NCBI RefSeq assembly: GCF_000341395.1
Contig: NC_020304.1
Span: forward strand, 2,160,001 to 2,192,000
Direction of reading: 5' to 3'
Source: Desulfocapsa sulfexigens DSM 10523
Lineage (GTDB): Bacteria; Desulfobacterota; Desulfobulbia; Desulfobulbales; Desulfocapsaceae
DNA: 32,000 nucleotides
Below are positions 20,235 to 28,411 of the stretch, in pieces. The notes under the pieces were generated by a model, which did not search any database, was not told the origin of the DNA, and saw nothing but the letters and a program-made list of their open reading frames with translations. Position numbers and translations under genes: made by a program. Every line of letters begins with the position of its first letter. The first letter of the stretch is position 1.

Positions 20235-20935
20235 TGTTACATACAAAGAAAGCGAAAGAAGTACTCAGGAGATTGCAAGAAGAAGTTGAAATACTGATTC
20301 CCTACGCCGTTCCAGGTGAAGACCTGGAAGTGGCCCTTGAATTTCTGCGAACTTTTAAGGATGATCAGTTCGCCCTGGGCGTGATAAAAGATTTTTACAG
20401 CATACTTCCAGAGGCACGTGAAGAGGCTCTGGTTAAGATTTCGGTGGTTGAAGAAAAAGAACGGGTTTTTCTGCTGCTACTCAGTACTTCCAGGCATCAT
20501 CACTTTTATTTAATTAACGATGAAGAAGGGGTTTTTCTCGGTGAATGGGAGCAGGGAATACTTGATGAGCATGTTCTTGCTTTTTTTGAGTACCGTAATG
20601 CTGAGTCCTTTAGAGAAGCAAACAGTTCCGTGGCCGCCTGCAGGGAGTACCGTCCTCTTGAGAGGATGAATGAAGAGATTTGTCCTTCCTGTGGAGTAAA
20701 GGCAGGTGGGCTTCATACCCTGGGGTGTCCGGTTGAGGTGTGTCCATGGTGCAGTGGGCAACTGAACTATTGTAATTGCCGTTTTGAGCAGCTGGGTGTG
20801 GAGGAGTTGAACGACGAAAAGGAATTGATGGAACTTGCAGAGAAGCTGGAAAGAAAAGGCAGGGTTCCCTACGCAAAGGAGCAGCGTCCAGCGTTTATAG
20901 CAGAGCCAGAGACAAAGGAGGTTATTTTCAAATAA
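20234..20935 (+). CDS. Hypothetical protein with C-terminal Cys-rich (putative zinc-binding) segment
   Basis: ATG overlaps the thiE stop (TGATG). C-terminal ICPSCGVKAGGLHTLGCPVEVCPWCSGQLNYCNCRFEQLG with several Cys/His. Confidence 0.75.
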   Translation: MLHTKKAKEVLRRLQEEVEILIPYAVPGEDLEVALEFLRTFKDDQFALGVIKDFYSILPEAREEALVKISVVEEKERVFLLLLSTSRHHHFYLINDEEGVFLGEWEQGILDEHVLAFFEYRNAESFREANSSVAACREYRPLERMNEEICPSCGVKAGGLHTLGCPVEVCPWCSGQLNYCNCRFEQLGVEELNDEKELMELAEKLERKGRVPYAKEQRPAFIAEPETKEVIFK

Positions 20936-20947
20936 CCTCCTTTGTCT
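20910..20947. terminator. Perfect 18-bp-arm palindrome, likely bidirectional 3'-end structure between convergent genes
   Basis: AGACAAAGGAGGTTATTT-TC-AAATAACCTCCTTTGTCT; overlaps the last codons and stop of the upstream CDS and faces hflC. Confidence 0.65.
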
Positions 20948-20980
20948 TCTGTTGCTGTGCTTTATTGACTCAGTATCTAC

Positions 20981-21913
20981 CTATTTCTTACTGTCTATGT
21001 TTTGTAGATAATGAAAAAGGTCAGAATCAGCTGAGAGTATCAGGGAAGTGTTTTTGCCAACAACGTTTGAGTAACTTTGCAGGGTCTTGTAGAAAGAGAA
21101 AAAATCGGGATCCTGGCTGTAAATGTCACCATAGATTTTGGTGGCACTGGCGTCAGCCTTACCTTTGATTTCCGATGACTCTCTATTGGCTTCTGATAGA
21201 ATGACTTTCAGTTCCCGTTCCACCTTACCGAGAATCTCGGCCTTCTTTCCTTCACCTGTAGATCTTCTTTCTGCTGCAATTCGCTTTCGCTCAGAGATCA
21301 TCCGGTCGTATACTTTGAGGCGGACAGACTCGATATAATTGACACGTTTGAACATTACATCGAGTAGTTCAATGCCATATTGCGGCGTTACTTTTCCGGC
21401 GGCTTCAAGAATCTTATTAGTGATACCATCTCTACCAATTTTTGGAGGTCCCTGGCTATCCCTGGCATTTGTCATGGTGTCGAGCGACCAGTCTGAGCTG
21501 CGAATGATTTCAATGAGGTTGTTTTTGTTCACCATGTCACGGACGGTACCATCGATAATGTCGTCCAGCAGTGATTGAGCCCGGGCTTCCGTTTTTACTG
21601 CCTGCATGTACAGGAGGGCGTCGGTGATTCGCCATCGTGCCGTAACATCAAGATAAACATATGTTTTGTCATTGGTTGGGATCTGGTTGGGGTCGCCGTC
21701 CCAGATCTGAACCTTTTTGTCGAAATAATTCACTTCCTGAACAAAAGGCAGTTTGAGGTAAAATCCGGCCTCTGTTTTTGGCTTACCCACCGGGGCTCCG
21801 AACTGGGTAATCATGGCCTGCTGACCTTCTTCAACTATGTAAAATCCATCGTAGACCACGGCTATGCAGAGCAGTACCAGGCCGATAAGAAAAAATTGAG
21901 CTATCTGTTTCAT
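20981..21913 (-). CDS. hflC: HflC (SPFH/prohibitin-family protease modulator)
   Basis: YIVEEGQQAMITQFGAPVGKPKTEAGFYLKLPFVQEVNYFDKKVQIWDGDPNQIPTNDKTYVYLDVTARWRI; adjacent to hflK. Confidence 0.95.
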   Translation of the reverse strand: MKQIAQFFLIGLVLLCIAVVYDGFYIVEEGQQAMITQFGAPVGKPKTEAGFYLKLPFVQEVNYFDKKVQIWDGDPNQIPTNDKTYVYLDVTARWRITDALLYMQAVKTEARAQSLLDDIIDGTVRDMVNKNNLIEIIRSSDWSLDTMTNARDSQGPPKIGRDGITNKILEAAGKVTPQYGIELLDVMFKRVNYIESVRLKVYDRMISERKRIAAERRSTGEGKKAEILGKVERELKVILSEANRESSEIKGKADASATKIYGDIYSQDPDFFSFYKTLQSYSNVVGKNTSLILSADSDLFHYLQNIDSKK

Positions 21914-21923
21914 GACTGGTTCC

Positions 21924-23045
21924 TCACTGTTTAGCTGGCGGGATGGACACAGCAGAGCTGCTCCCCCTGCTGAGATTTAAAAGAGGCAGTGGGGTCTGCT
22001 GGTCTTTATTCATTATGTAGACTGACTCGACGCTGGGCATAACTTCCTGCATTGTTTCAAGGTACATTCGTCTTTTTGTAACTTCCGGGGCATTTTTGTA
22101 TTCCGTCAAAATAGAGAGGAAACGTTGAGATTCGCCCTTGGCGTTGTTGACTCTAGCCGCCGCATAACCGTGTGCTTCTTCGATAATTTGCAGAGCATTG
22201 CCTCGTGCCCGGGGGATCTTCTGATTGTAGATTTCCTCGGCCTCGTTTACGAGTCGTTTCATGTCCTGATCAGCCTCATTTACTTCATTGAAGGCTGGTT
22301 TTACCTGGTCTGGTGGATTGATATCCTGGAACTGCACTGTACCGATGGCTATACCTGCTTCAAGACTCTGCAGCTGTTTCTGGAGATCCTGCTTTACTTC
22401 TGCGGCCAGGAGATCCCGGTTTGATAGGACATAGTCAAAATCCATGTTTCCGACGATTCTCCGGGTTGCGCTTTCAGAGAGGTCGCGTACAGCCTGACGA
22501 ACGTCTTTTATCTGAAAGAGGTAGGCCTGTGGTTCTCTAACCCTGTACTGAACAATCCACGCCACATTGATAACGTTCTTGTCCGCCGTAAGCATCAGTG
22601 ATTCCATGTCGTAGCCTTTTCGTTCAAAGCTGGTTTTCTGCCCCGGGTAACGACTGCGAAACCCAAATTCTTCTTTTCGAATTTCTTCAACATCGACTTT
22701 ATAGAGATGGTCAATGTAGGGGAATTTGAAATGCAGTCCTGATTGGTCAGTCCGATAGTATTTGCCCAGGCGGAGGATAACACCCACCTCTGAAGGGTTG
22801 ATTTTGTAGAAGGATGAGTAGACACCCTGTAAAACCAGTACGATCAGAACGATGGCAAGGATTTTACCAATTGAGGAAAAAGGATTTGGCGGACTACTTT
22901 TTATTGGAGCTCCGTCCCCGGATGGTTTCTTGGGAGAGTCAGAAAAATAATCCTGAAGTTTTTTAATGAGTTGAGCCACCATCTCTTCAGGTGTCTGGGG
23001 CTTTTTCTTCTTTCCCCACGGTGGCTGTTGATCCTGGTTGGGCAT
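21924..23045 (-). CDS. hflK: HflK (SPFH/prohibitin-family protease modulator)
   Basis: N-terminal QDQQPPWGKKKKPQ, YKINPSEVGVILRLGKYYRTDQSGLHFKFPYIDHLYKVDVEEIRKEEFGFR; MLTADKNVINVAWIVQYRV. Confidence 0.95.
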   Translation of the reverse strand: MPNQDQQPPWGKKKKPQTPEEMVAQLIKKLQDYFSDSPKKPSGDGAPIKSSPPNPFSSIGKILAIVLIVLVLQGVYSSFYKINPSEVGVILRLGKYYRTDQSGLHFKFPYIDHLYKVDVEEIRKEEFGFRSRYPGQKTSFERKGYDMESLMLTADKNVINVAWIVQYRVREPQAYLFQIKDVRQAVRDLSESATRRIVGNMDFDYVLSNRDLLAAEVKQDLQKQLQSLEAGIAIGTVQFQDINPPDQVKPAFNEVNEADQDMKRLVNEAEEIYNQKIPRARGNALQIIEEAHGYAAARVNNAKGESQRFLSILTEYKNAPEVTKRRMYLETMQEVMPSVESVYIMNKDQQTPLPLLNLSRGSSSAVSIPPAKQ

Positions 23046-23195
23046 GAATTTTCTCCTAATTACAGGTTGGTTTCAGGTCGATGGTTAAATAATCTCTACT
23101 ACGTTAATTACTCTTCAGGGGAGTGCAACGTTTTATTTTAACTGAGTTGGTCAGATGGGATTTTGCGGATTGGATTCCGGGTTATTTGTTGTTGG

Positions 23196-24134
23196 TTATT
23201 TCCAGGCGCTGCTCCAGGCGATGAATATTGATGTGATGGAAATAGTAAAAAGTATAGTCTGCAGGGGGATAGAGTGACGCAGTCTCAAAACTGCAGGCCT
23301 GCAGAGAAGCCATCCGAAGGCAAGGCCACAGCAGAGACCAAAAAAATGTGCGCCAAGATCCGTTCGCTCTCCAGAGCTGCCGATCATTGCTAGAAGAGCG
23401 GCGCCGGCCATAAATGGAAGAATTTGCAGGTACCTTTTGGTTATTCTGTGGCTCCGGCTGATCATGGCAAGCATTCCAATGATTGCGAAGACGGCAGTGG
23501 AAAACCCAACAAAGAGATGGTTGCTGCCATGGAGTGCGACGTTGATGTAGTTAGCGATTGTCGCAGTAAGGAGCATGGAGAATAATCCGAGGCCATTGCC
23601 AGTAAGTTTACAGAAAAAATGAAAAAGAAATCCGCCAAACAGGCAGTTACCCAGAAGGTGGACTGCGTCTGCGTGAAGAGTGAGTGCCGTGAGGAGTCTG
23701 AAATATTGGTGGTTCTCTATAATTGCTTTGGCATCTCCTGACCCATATGTGAACCAGAGGGAGCTGCCGGACCAGGGACCCGTAACCGTGTATAACAACA
23801 TCAGGCTGCCAATGAGCAGCAGGGTTGGTGGCTGAAAGAGTGGAATGAAATCATCTGTGGTGGCAACGGGTCTGGAGGGCCAGTTTTTATTTTCGTTCAA
23901 ATATGCTTTTAGCTGCATATCCGCTTTGGCTGCATCCTTGGCGTCTACGCTAAGAATCAGGCTTTTAGGTGTTTCGGTGTACTGGTGGCTAATTCCAACG
24001 GCGGAGAGAGCCAGGGAACAGGAAAGTGCTTCATGTCTGTCATCCGTTGCAAAGACCACAGTGCTGTGTGTTCCAGCAGGGGGATTTTTCTGGAGATCTT
24101 TTGGGTCAGTTGGTTGTTGATTGTAGGGTGGCAT
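23196..24134 (-). CDS. Rhomboid-family intramembrane serine protease
   Basis: HLLGNCLFGGFLFHFF, HGSNHLFVGFSTAVFAIIGML (GxS catalytic Ser), TDLGAHFFGLCCGLAFGWLL (catalytic His); N-terminal soluble extension. Confidence 0.88.
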   Translation of the reverse strand: MPPYNQQPTDPKDLQKNPPAGTHSTVVFATDDRHEALSCSLALSAVGISHQYTETPKSLILSVDAKDAAKADMQLKAYLNENKNWPSRPVATTDDFIPLFQPPTLLLIGSLMLLYTVTGPWSGSSLWFTYGSGDAKAIIENHQYFRLLTALTLHADAVHLLGNCLFGGFLFHFFCKLTGNGLGLFSMLLTATIANYINVALHGSNHLFVGFSTAVFAIIGMLAMISRSHRITKRYLQILPFMAGAALLAMIGSSGERTDLGAHFFGLCCGLAFGWLLCRPAVLRLRHSIPLQTILFTISITSIFIAWSSAWK

Positions 24135-24357
24135 GGGAAAAAGAAATAGTCACTGTCTCTCTGTTTGGCAAATACATCCTGTTCTGTGTTGCCGAAACCG
24201 TTCCAGTTGCTGGACGTTTCTTAATGGAACAAAATGAAACGACCCGTTGCGGTGTGTGTTTCGGTATGTTTCGTTGTGGGCGGGTGGTGTTTGGTGATGA
24301 AAAATAGTATTGGACTAACTTCTTGAAAGCATGCCATAATGTATGGTGTGGCAAAGG

Positions 24358-24374
24358 TGGCACGTTTTGTGCTT
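24358..24374 (+). promoter_or_regulatory. Candidate sigma-54 (-24/-12) promoter upstream of the signalling/transport cluster
   Basis: TGGCACGTTTTGTGCTT versus consensus TGGCACG-N4-TTGCW: GG and GC spacing exact, one mismatch in the -12 TTGC; about 75 nt upstream of the CDS start. Confidence 0.6.
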
Positions 24375-24447
24375 AATGTAAACCAAGGGTGAAGTGATGC
24401 GGAGCGCAGCTCCATGGACACAATCCATCATAAAAAGGGAGCCAAAA

Positions 24448-25665
24448 ATGTCTTCAATTGCACTGTTTAATACAATTTTCGTAGAAGAGAAGAAGGTTAG
24501 GGAGCAACTTGCAGCTGCAACTGATTTTCGTGTTGTTCGGGATACTGATATAATAAGTGAAGTGTCTCAAAAATACGGCATCGGTGAAGACAAGGTGGAA
24601 CGGGCACTCTATGGCCCACCTTCAGTGTTTAATACATTCACCTTGGAACGCGAACGGATTACTGCTTATCTGAAGGTTGTGATGGCAGGTCATCTGAAAA
24701 CATCCGGAGTTATCTATTGCGGTAATATTGCCCTTCTTGTTCCCTCTGCTGTGACACATGTCCTGCGGGTTGGATTATTTGATAAGATGAGTAACCGTAT
24801 CCAACGTGCAGTGGGGGAAGGTGTAACAGAAAAGAATGCTGTTAAAGTAATAAAGAAAAATGATAGCAGTGCAGCCGGTTGGGCTGATTATCTTTATAAA
24901 AAGGAAATAACAAGTAACTCTCTGTACGATATTGTCGTTCCCATGGGGGAGAATTCTCCCGAGTCAGCGGTAAAACTGATCCTCGAGAATTATAATAAAC
25001 CAGCAGTTCTGGAGCAAGATGCTTCCCGTCAGGCTGTTAATGATATGGCAGTTGGTGCAAAGGTTGAGCTGGCGCTGGTCGAAAAAGGGTATACCACCGA
25101 AGTGAGAAGTACTGGTGGAGAAATTACTCTTTTAATAAATAAGAGTGTTTCTAATTTTCAAAGACTAGTCAATACCCTGACTGAGATAGCAGAAAGTGTT
25201 GAAGGTGTTGCTGCTGTTAAGGTTCTTCCCGGTCAGGACTACCATGTCTCAGTCTATCGGAGTCAGGAATTCACTCTTCCGCCCAAGGTGTTATTGGTTG
25301 ATGATGAACAGGAGTTTGTGCAGACCCTTTCTGATAGATTAAATACCCGTAACTACGGTTCATACCCTGTTTTTGATGGTGAGCAGGCTCTTGAGCTTTT
25401 GGTGAACGAGCTTCCTGATGTGATGGTTCTTGATCTGAAGATGCCAGGGATAGGGGGGGTTGATGTCCTTCGTAAAACCAAAGAATTTAATCCTGACATT
25501 AAGGTTATCATCCTTACCGGTCATGGCTCTGAGGAGGACAGAAAGGTATGTATGAAGCTTGGTGCTTATGCCTATCTGCATAAACCCGTCGATATTGCAC
25601 AGTTGACCGAAATCATTGACGAGGCACATGGGAAGGTTGCGGCGGCAAAAATGGCACACATATGA
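24448..25665 (+). CDS. Degenerate cytidylate-kinase-like domain + BON-like segment + C-terminal receiver (REC) domain
   Basis: SD aaaaaggga before ATG 24448; N-terminal pattern ALFNTIFVEEKKVREQLAAATDFRVVRDTDIISEVSQKYGI...SGVIYCGNIALLVP...VLRVGLFDKMSNRIQRAV resembles Cytidylate_kin2-type proteins but lacks a Gly-rich P-loop; REC: KVLLVDDEQEF, DVMVLDLKMPGIGG, ILTGHGSEED, YLHKP. Confidence 0.8.
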   Translation: MSSIALFNTIFVEEKKVREQLAAATDFRVVRDTDIISEVSQKYGIGEDKVERALYGPPSVFNTFTLERERITAYLKVVMAGHLKTSGVIYCGNIALLVPSAVTHVLRVGLFDKMSNRIQRAVGEGVTEKNAVKVIKKNDSSAAGWADYLYKKEITSNSLYDIVVPMGENSPESAVKLILENYNKPAVLEQDASRQAVNDMAVGAKVELALVEKGYTTEVRSTGGEITLLINKSVSNFQRLVNTLTEIAESVEGVAAVKVLPGQDYHVSVYRSQEFTLPPKVLLVDDEQEFVQTLSDRLNTRNYGSYPVFDGEQALELLVNELPDVMVLDLKMPGIGGVDVLRKTKEFNPDIKVIILTGHGSEEDRKVCMKLGAYAYLHKPVDIAQLTEIIDEAHGKVAAAKMAHI

Positions 25666-25702
25666 TGATGTTTGGTAGAAAAAAACAATAATGGAGAAGA
25701 AT

Positions 25703-26143
25703 ATGAATAGTTTATTGGCAGCGAAGATCTTGCTTGTGGATGATGAGGAAGAGTTTATTGACCTTATGTCGCAGCGGCTTGAAACCAGGGGCCTCAAGGT
25801 GGAGGCGGTGTCAAGTGGAGAAGCTGCCGTGGCTGCGGTGGCAGATCATAGCTTCGATGTTGCCATAGTCGATCTGGCCATGCCTGGAATTGATGGCATT
25901 GAAACGTTGAAACAGATCAAGAATGAACGGCCGGATGTCGAGGTTATTATGCTTACCGGTCAGGCGACTGTCAAAAGTGGTATAGAGGCCATGAAGCATG
26001 GAGCCAGTGATTTTCTTGAAAAACCAGTCGATTTGAATGTTTTGATGGAGAAAATACGGGCGGCTAAGAGCGATCGAATGCGTTCTCTTAAAAGTAAGTC
26101 GGCTGAGGAGTTGAAAAACATTTTAAAGAGTAAAAGCTGGTAA
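25703..26143 (+). CDS. Stand-alone response-regulator receiver protein
   Basis: KILLVDDEEEFIDLMSQRL, DVAIVDLAMPGIDGIETLKQIK, VIMLTGQATVKSGIEAMKHGASDFLEKPVD; SD GGAG before ATG 25703. Confidence 0.93.
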   Translation: MNSLLAAKILLVDDEEEFIDLMSQRLETRGLKVEAVSSGEAAVAAVADHSFDVAIVDLAMPGIDGIETLKQIKNERPDVEVIMLTGQATVKSGIEAMKHGASDFLEKPVDLNVLMEKIRAAKSDRMRSLKSKSAEELKNILKSKSW

Positions 26144-26298
26144 AAAACTGCCTCTTCCAAGAGGTGCAATCCCCTTAACTACCTGGATTTACGAGTGTGG
26201 GTGTAAGTCTTTGCCTGGAGAGGATTGGTGCGTCTCGGGTATGCAGTAATTAATTAGAATCTCGTTGCATTTAAAATATTGGAAAGGAGGAGAATATT

Positions 26299-26835
26299 GT
26301 GAACAGCAAAACTTCGATTATCAGGGATATTATCATACCCCTTGATCGTTATCCGCAACTGAATGAGAACCAGACACTTCAGGAGGCTATGGAAACATTC
26401 AGGTCTTTTCGGGCAGAGCAGCAGGATTGTGCCTGTTATAAAGGCATACTGGTTGTCAACGACAAGAATCAACTGGTTGGCAAGCTCTCTTTGATGGATA
26501 TCATGCATGGTCTGGTGCCACGCCTGGTGGACGCAACCAATGTGGACAAGTATGAAGGGAAGGGCAAGGATTCCGAGTTTCCTAATTTGTCATTTTTGTA
26601 TGAAGATAAAACGTTTTCCGGGTGCGGTAAAAATAAACAGAAGTCAATCAAGAGTCTCATGAAGGCTATTACCTTTTCACTTCCGGCTGACACCCACATG
26701 TTAAAAGCCCTGGTCATGATGGAACATCGAAAGGATTTTAATGTTCCGGTTACCGATAATGGAACAATTATCGGCATGCTGCGTCTAGAGGAAATCTTTA
26801 ATTCGATGTGCACAAGTTACTGTGATATTACATAA
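26299..26835 (+). CDS. CBS-domain pair protein
   Basis: GTG start with SD AAGGAGGAG; I(I)IPLDRYPQLNENQTLQEAMETF...GILVVNDKNQLVGKLSLMDI...FSLPADTHMLKALVMMEHRKDFNVPVTDNGTIIGMLRLEEIF. Confidence 0.85.
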   Translation: MNSKTSIIRDIIIPLDRYPQLNENQTLQEAMETFRSFRAEQQDCACYKGILVVNDKNQLVGKLSLMDIMHGLVPRLVDATNVDKYEGKGKDSEFPNLSFLYEDKTFSGCGKNKQKSIKSLMKAITFSLPADTHMLKALVMMEHRKDFNVPVTDNGTIIGMLRLEEIFNSMCTSYCDIT

Positions 26836-26864
26836 ATTAAACAAAAACATACGAGGATATACTA

Positions 26865-28361
26865 ATGACTGCTGCAGAGTCACAAGCTATGAGCCTTCCT
26901 GAGGCTAAGGAACCGTTCAATGTAAAACGGCTGCTATTTATGTTTCTGGGGATAGGGCTGTTTTGTTTTGTCTACTATTGTCCACCCTGGCCTGACGCTA
27001 TTGATCCAATGGGAGAACATTTCGTCCTGAGTCAGCAGGCAAAGGGTGCCATCGGTGTCTTTTTGCTGGCTGCTACCTGGTGGGTTTTTGAAGTTGTGCC
27101 CATTGGTGTTACCAGTCTCACAATTGGAACGCTTCAGGCTCTTTTTATGATCCGTGATCCCAAGGTTGCCTTCAAGGATTTTATGGATCCATCGGTTCTG
27201 TTTATCTTTGGTTCCATTGTTATTGGTATGGTTTTTACTAAGACAGGTCTGACCAAGCGCATCGCCTATAAAATGCTTTCCATTGTAGGTGAAAAAACCA
27301 GCATGATTTATCTTGGCTGTTTTGTGATGACTGCGGCACTGACCCATGTCATGGCCCACACAGCCGTTGCTGCCACCATGTTCCCCCTGCTCATGGCTAT
27401 CCACGCCCTCTATTCCGATGAAGATGATCCTACAAAATTTGGCAAGGGGCTTTTTATTGGTATGGCCTATGTCGCAGGCGCCGGTAGTATCGTCACCCTG
27501 CTCGGTGCGGCACGTGGTGCTGTGGCTCTTGGATTTTACAAAGATATTATGAGTATTGATGTAAGTTTCTTTGAATTGACCTGGTATATGTTTCCCGTTG
27601 GCTGGCTTATGGTTTTTGCCCTCTGGGGATTTTTTATGCTTTTTTTTAAACCAGAACGGGCTCGTATCCCGGGTCTGAAAGAGAAGGCCGGGAGAATGTA
27701 CAGGGAACTCGGTAGCTGGAGCAGGAAAGAAATTATTACCGCTGTCGTCGTAGCCCTTGCAATCCTGGTTATTGCCTTGAAGAACTTCATACCGGCTCTT
27801 TCGGGATTGGATAAAACCGGCATTCTTCTCTGTTCAACTATAGCATTCTTTCTCTTTAATATTCTTGATATAGATGATCTTGAAGAGATTCCATGGAATA
27901 TCATTCTCCTTTTTGCCGGTGCCATGTCTATCGGGTTCTGTCTGTGGGAGACTGGCGCGGCCAAGTGGATGGCTGTCAACTGGTTGGTTCTTTTTCAGAA
28001 TGCCCCTCCAATCGTCTTTATCCTTGGTATGGCTTTCTTTGTCATGATGATGACGAACTTTATCATGAACGTGGCAGCCATAGCCATCTCCCTGCCTGTT
28101 GCCCTGGTTATTGCGCCGTATCTTGGGGTGGGTGGTGAGGTTATCCTGTTCTCTGCTCTCGTTGTTTCTGGTATGCCTTTTCTGTTACTGGTTGGTGCTG
28201 CTCCCAACGCCATTGCCTATAACTCAAAACAGTTTACCACCGCCGAGTTCTTCCTCTGGGGGCTTCCTGCCAGTGCAGTTCTTATGTTGGTTACCTGGCT
28301 CGCAGTTTCAGTTCTGTGGCCGCTGATGGGAATGGAAGTCTATGTTCCAAAAGTAATGTAA
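26865..28361 (+). CDS. SLC13/DASS-family anion (sodium-coupled) symporter
   Basis: AKGAIGVFLLAATWWVFEVVPIGVTSLTIG; VLFIFGSIVIGMVFTKTGLTKRIAY; MMMTNFIMNVAAIAISLPVAL; FLLLVGAAPNAIAYNSKQFTTAEFFLWGLP. Confidence 0.92.
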   Translation: MTAAESQAMSLPEAKEPFNVKRLLFMFLGIGLFCFVYYCPPWPDAIDPMGEHFVLSQQAKGAIGVFLLAATWWVFEVVPIGVTSLTIGTLQALFMIRDPKVAFKDFMDPSVLFIFGSIVIGMVFTKTGLTKRIAYKMLSIVGEKTSMIYLGCFVMTAALTHVMAHTAVAATMFPLLMAIHALYSDEDDPTKFGKGLFIGMAYVAGAGSIVTLLGAARGAVALGFYKDIMSIDVSFFELTWYMFPVGWLMVFALWGFFMLFFKPERARIPGLKEKAGRMYRELGSWSRKEIITAVVVALAILVIALKNFIPALSGLDKTGILLCSTIAFFLFNILDIDDLEEIPWNIILLFAGAMSIGFCLWETGAAKWMAVNWLVLFQNAPPIVFILGMAFFVMMMTNFIMNVAAIAISLPVALVIAPYLGVGGEVILFSALVVSGMPFLLLVGAAPNAIAYNSKQFTTAEFFLWGLPASAVLMLVTWLAVSVLWPLMGMEVYVPKVM

Positions 28362-28411
28362 CATCGGAGTCCCTCAAAAAACAAGTAACACCGGAGTCCC
28401 TCAAAAAACAA
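28358..28411 (+). repeat. Two tandem 27-bp direct repeats (26/27 identical)
   Basis: GTAACA[T/C]CGGAGTCCCTCAAAAAACAA at 28358-28384 and 28385-28411; the first copy overlaps the stop codon of the upstream permease gene. Confidence 0.95.

Noticed and set aside
24026-24307. 93-aa plus-strand ORF overlapping the rhomboid gene 5' end
   Set aside because: Mostly antisense to the rhomboid gene N-terminus, with no recognisable motif.
26151-26164. Small inverted repeat CCTCTT-CC-AAGAGG after the receiver gene
   Set aside because: Six-bp arms with a 2-nt loop and no T-tract; not supportable as a terminator.
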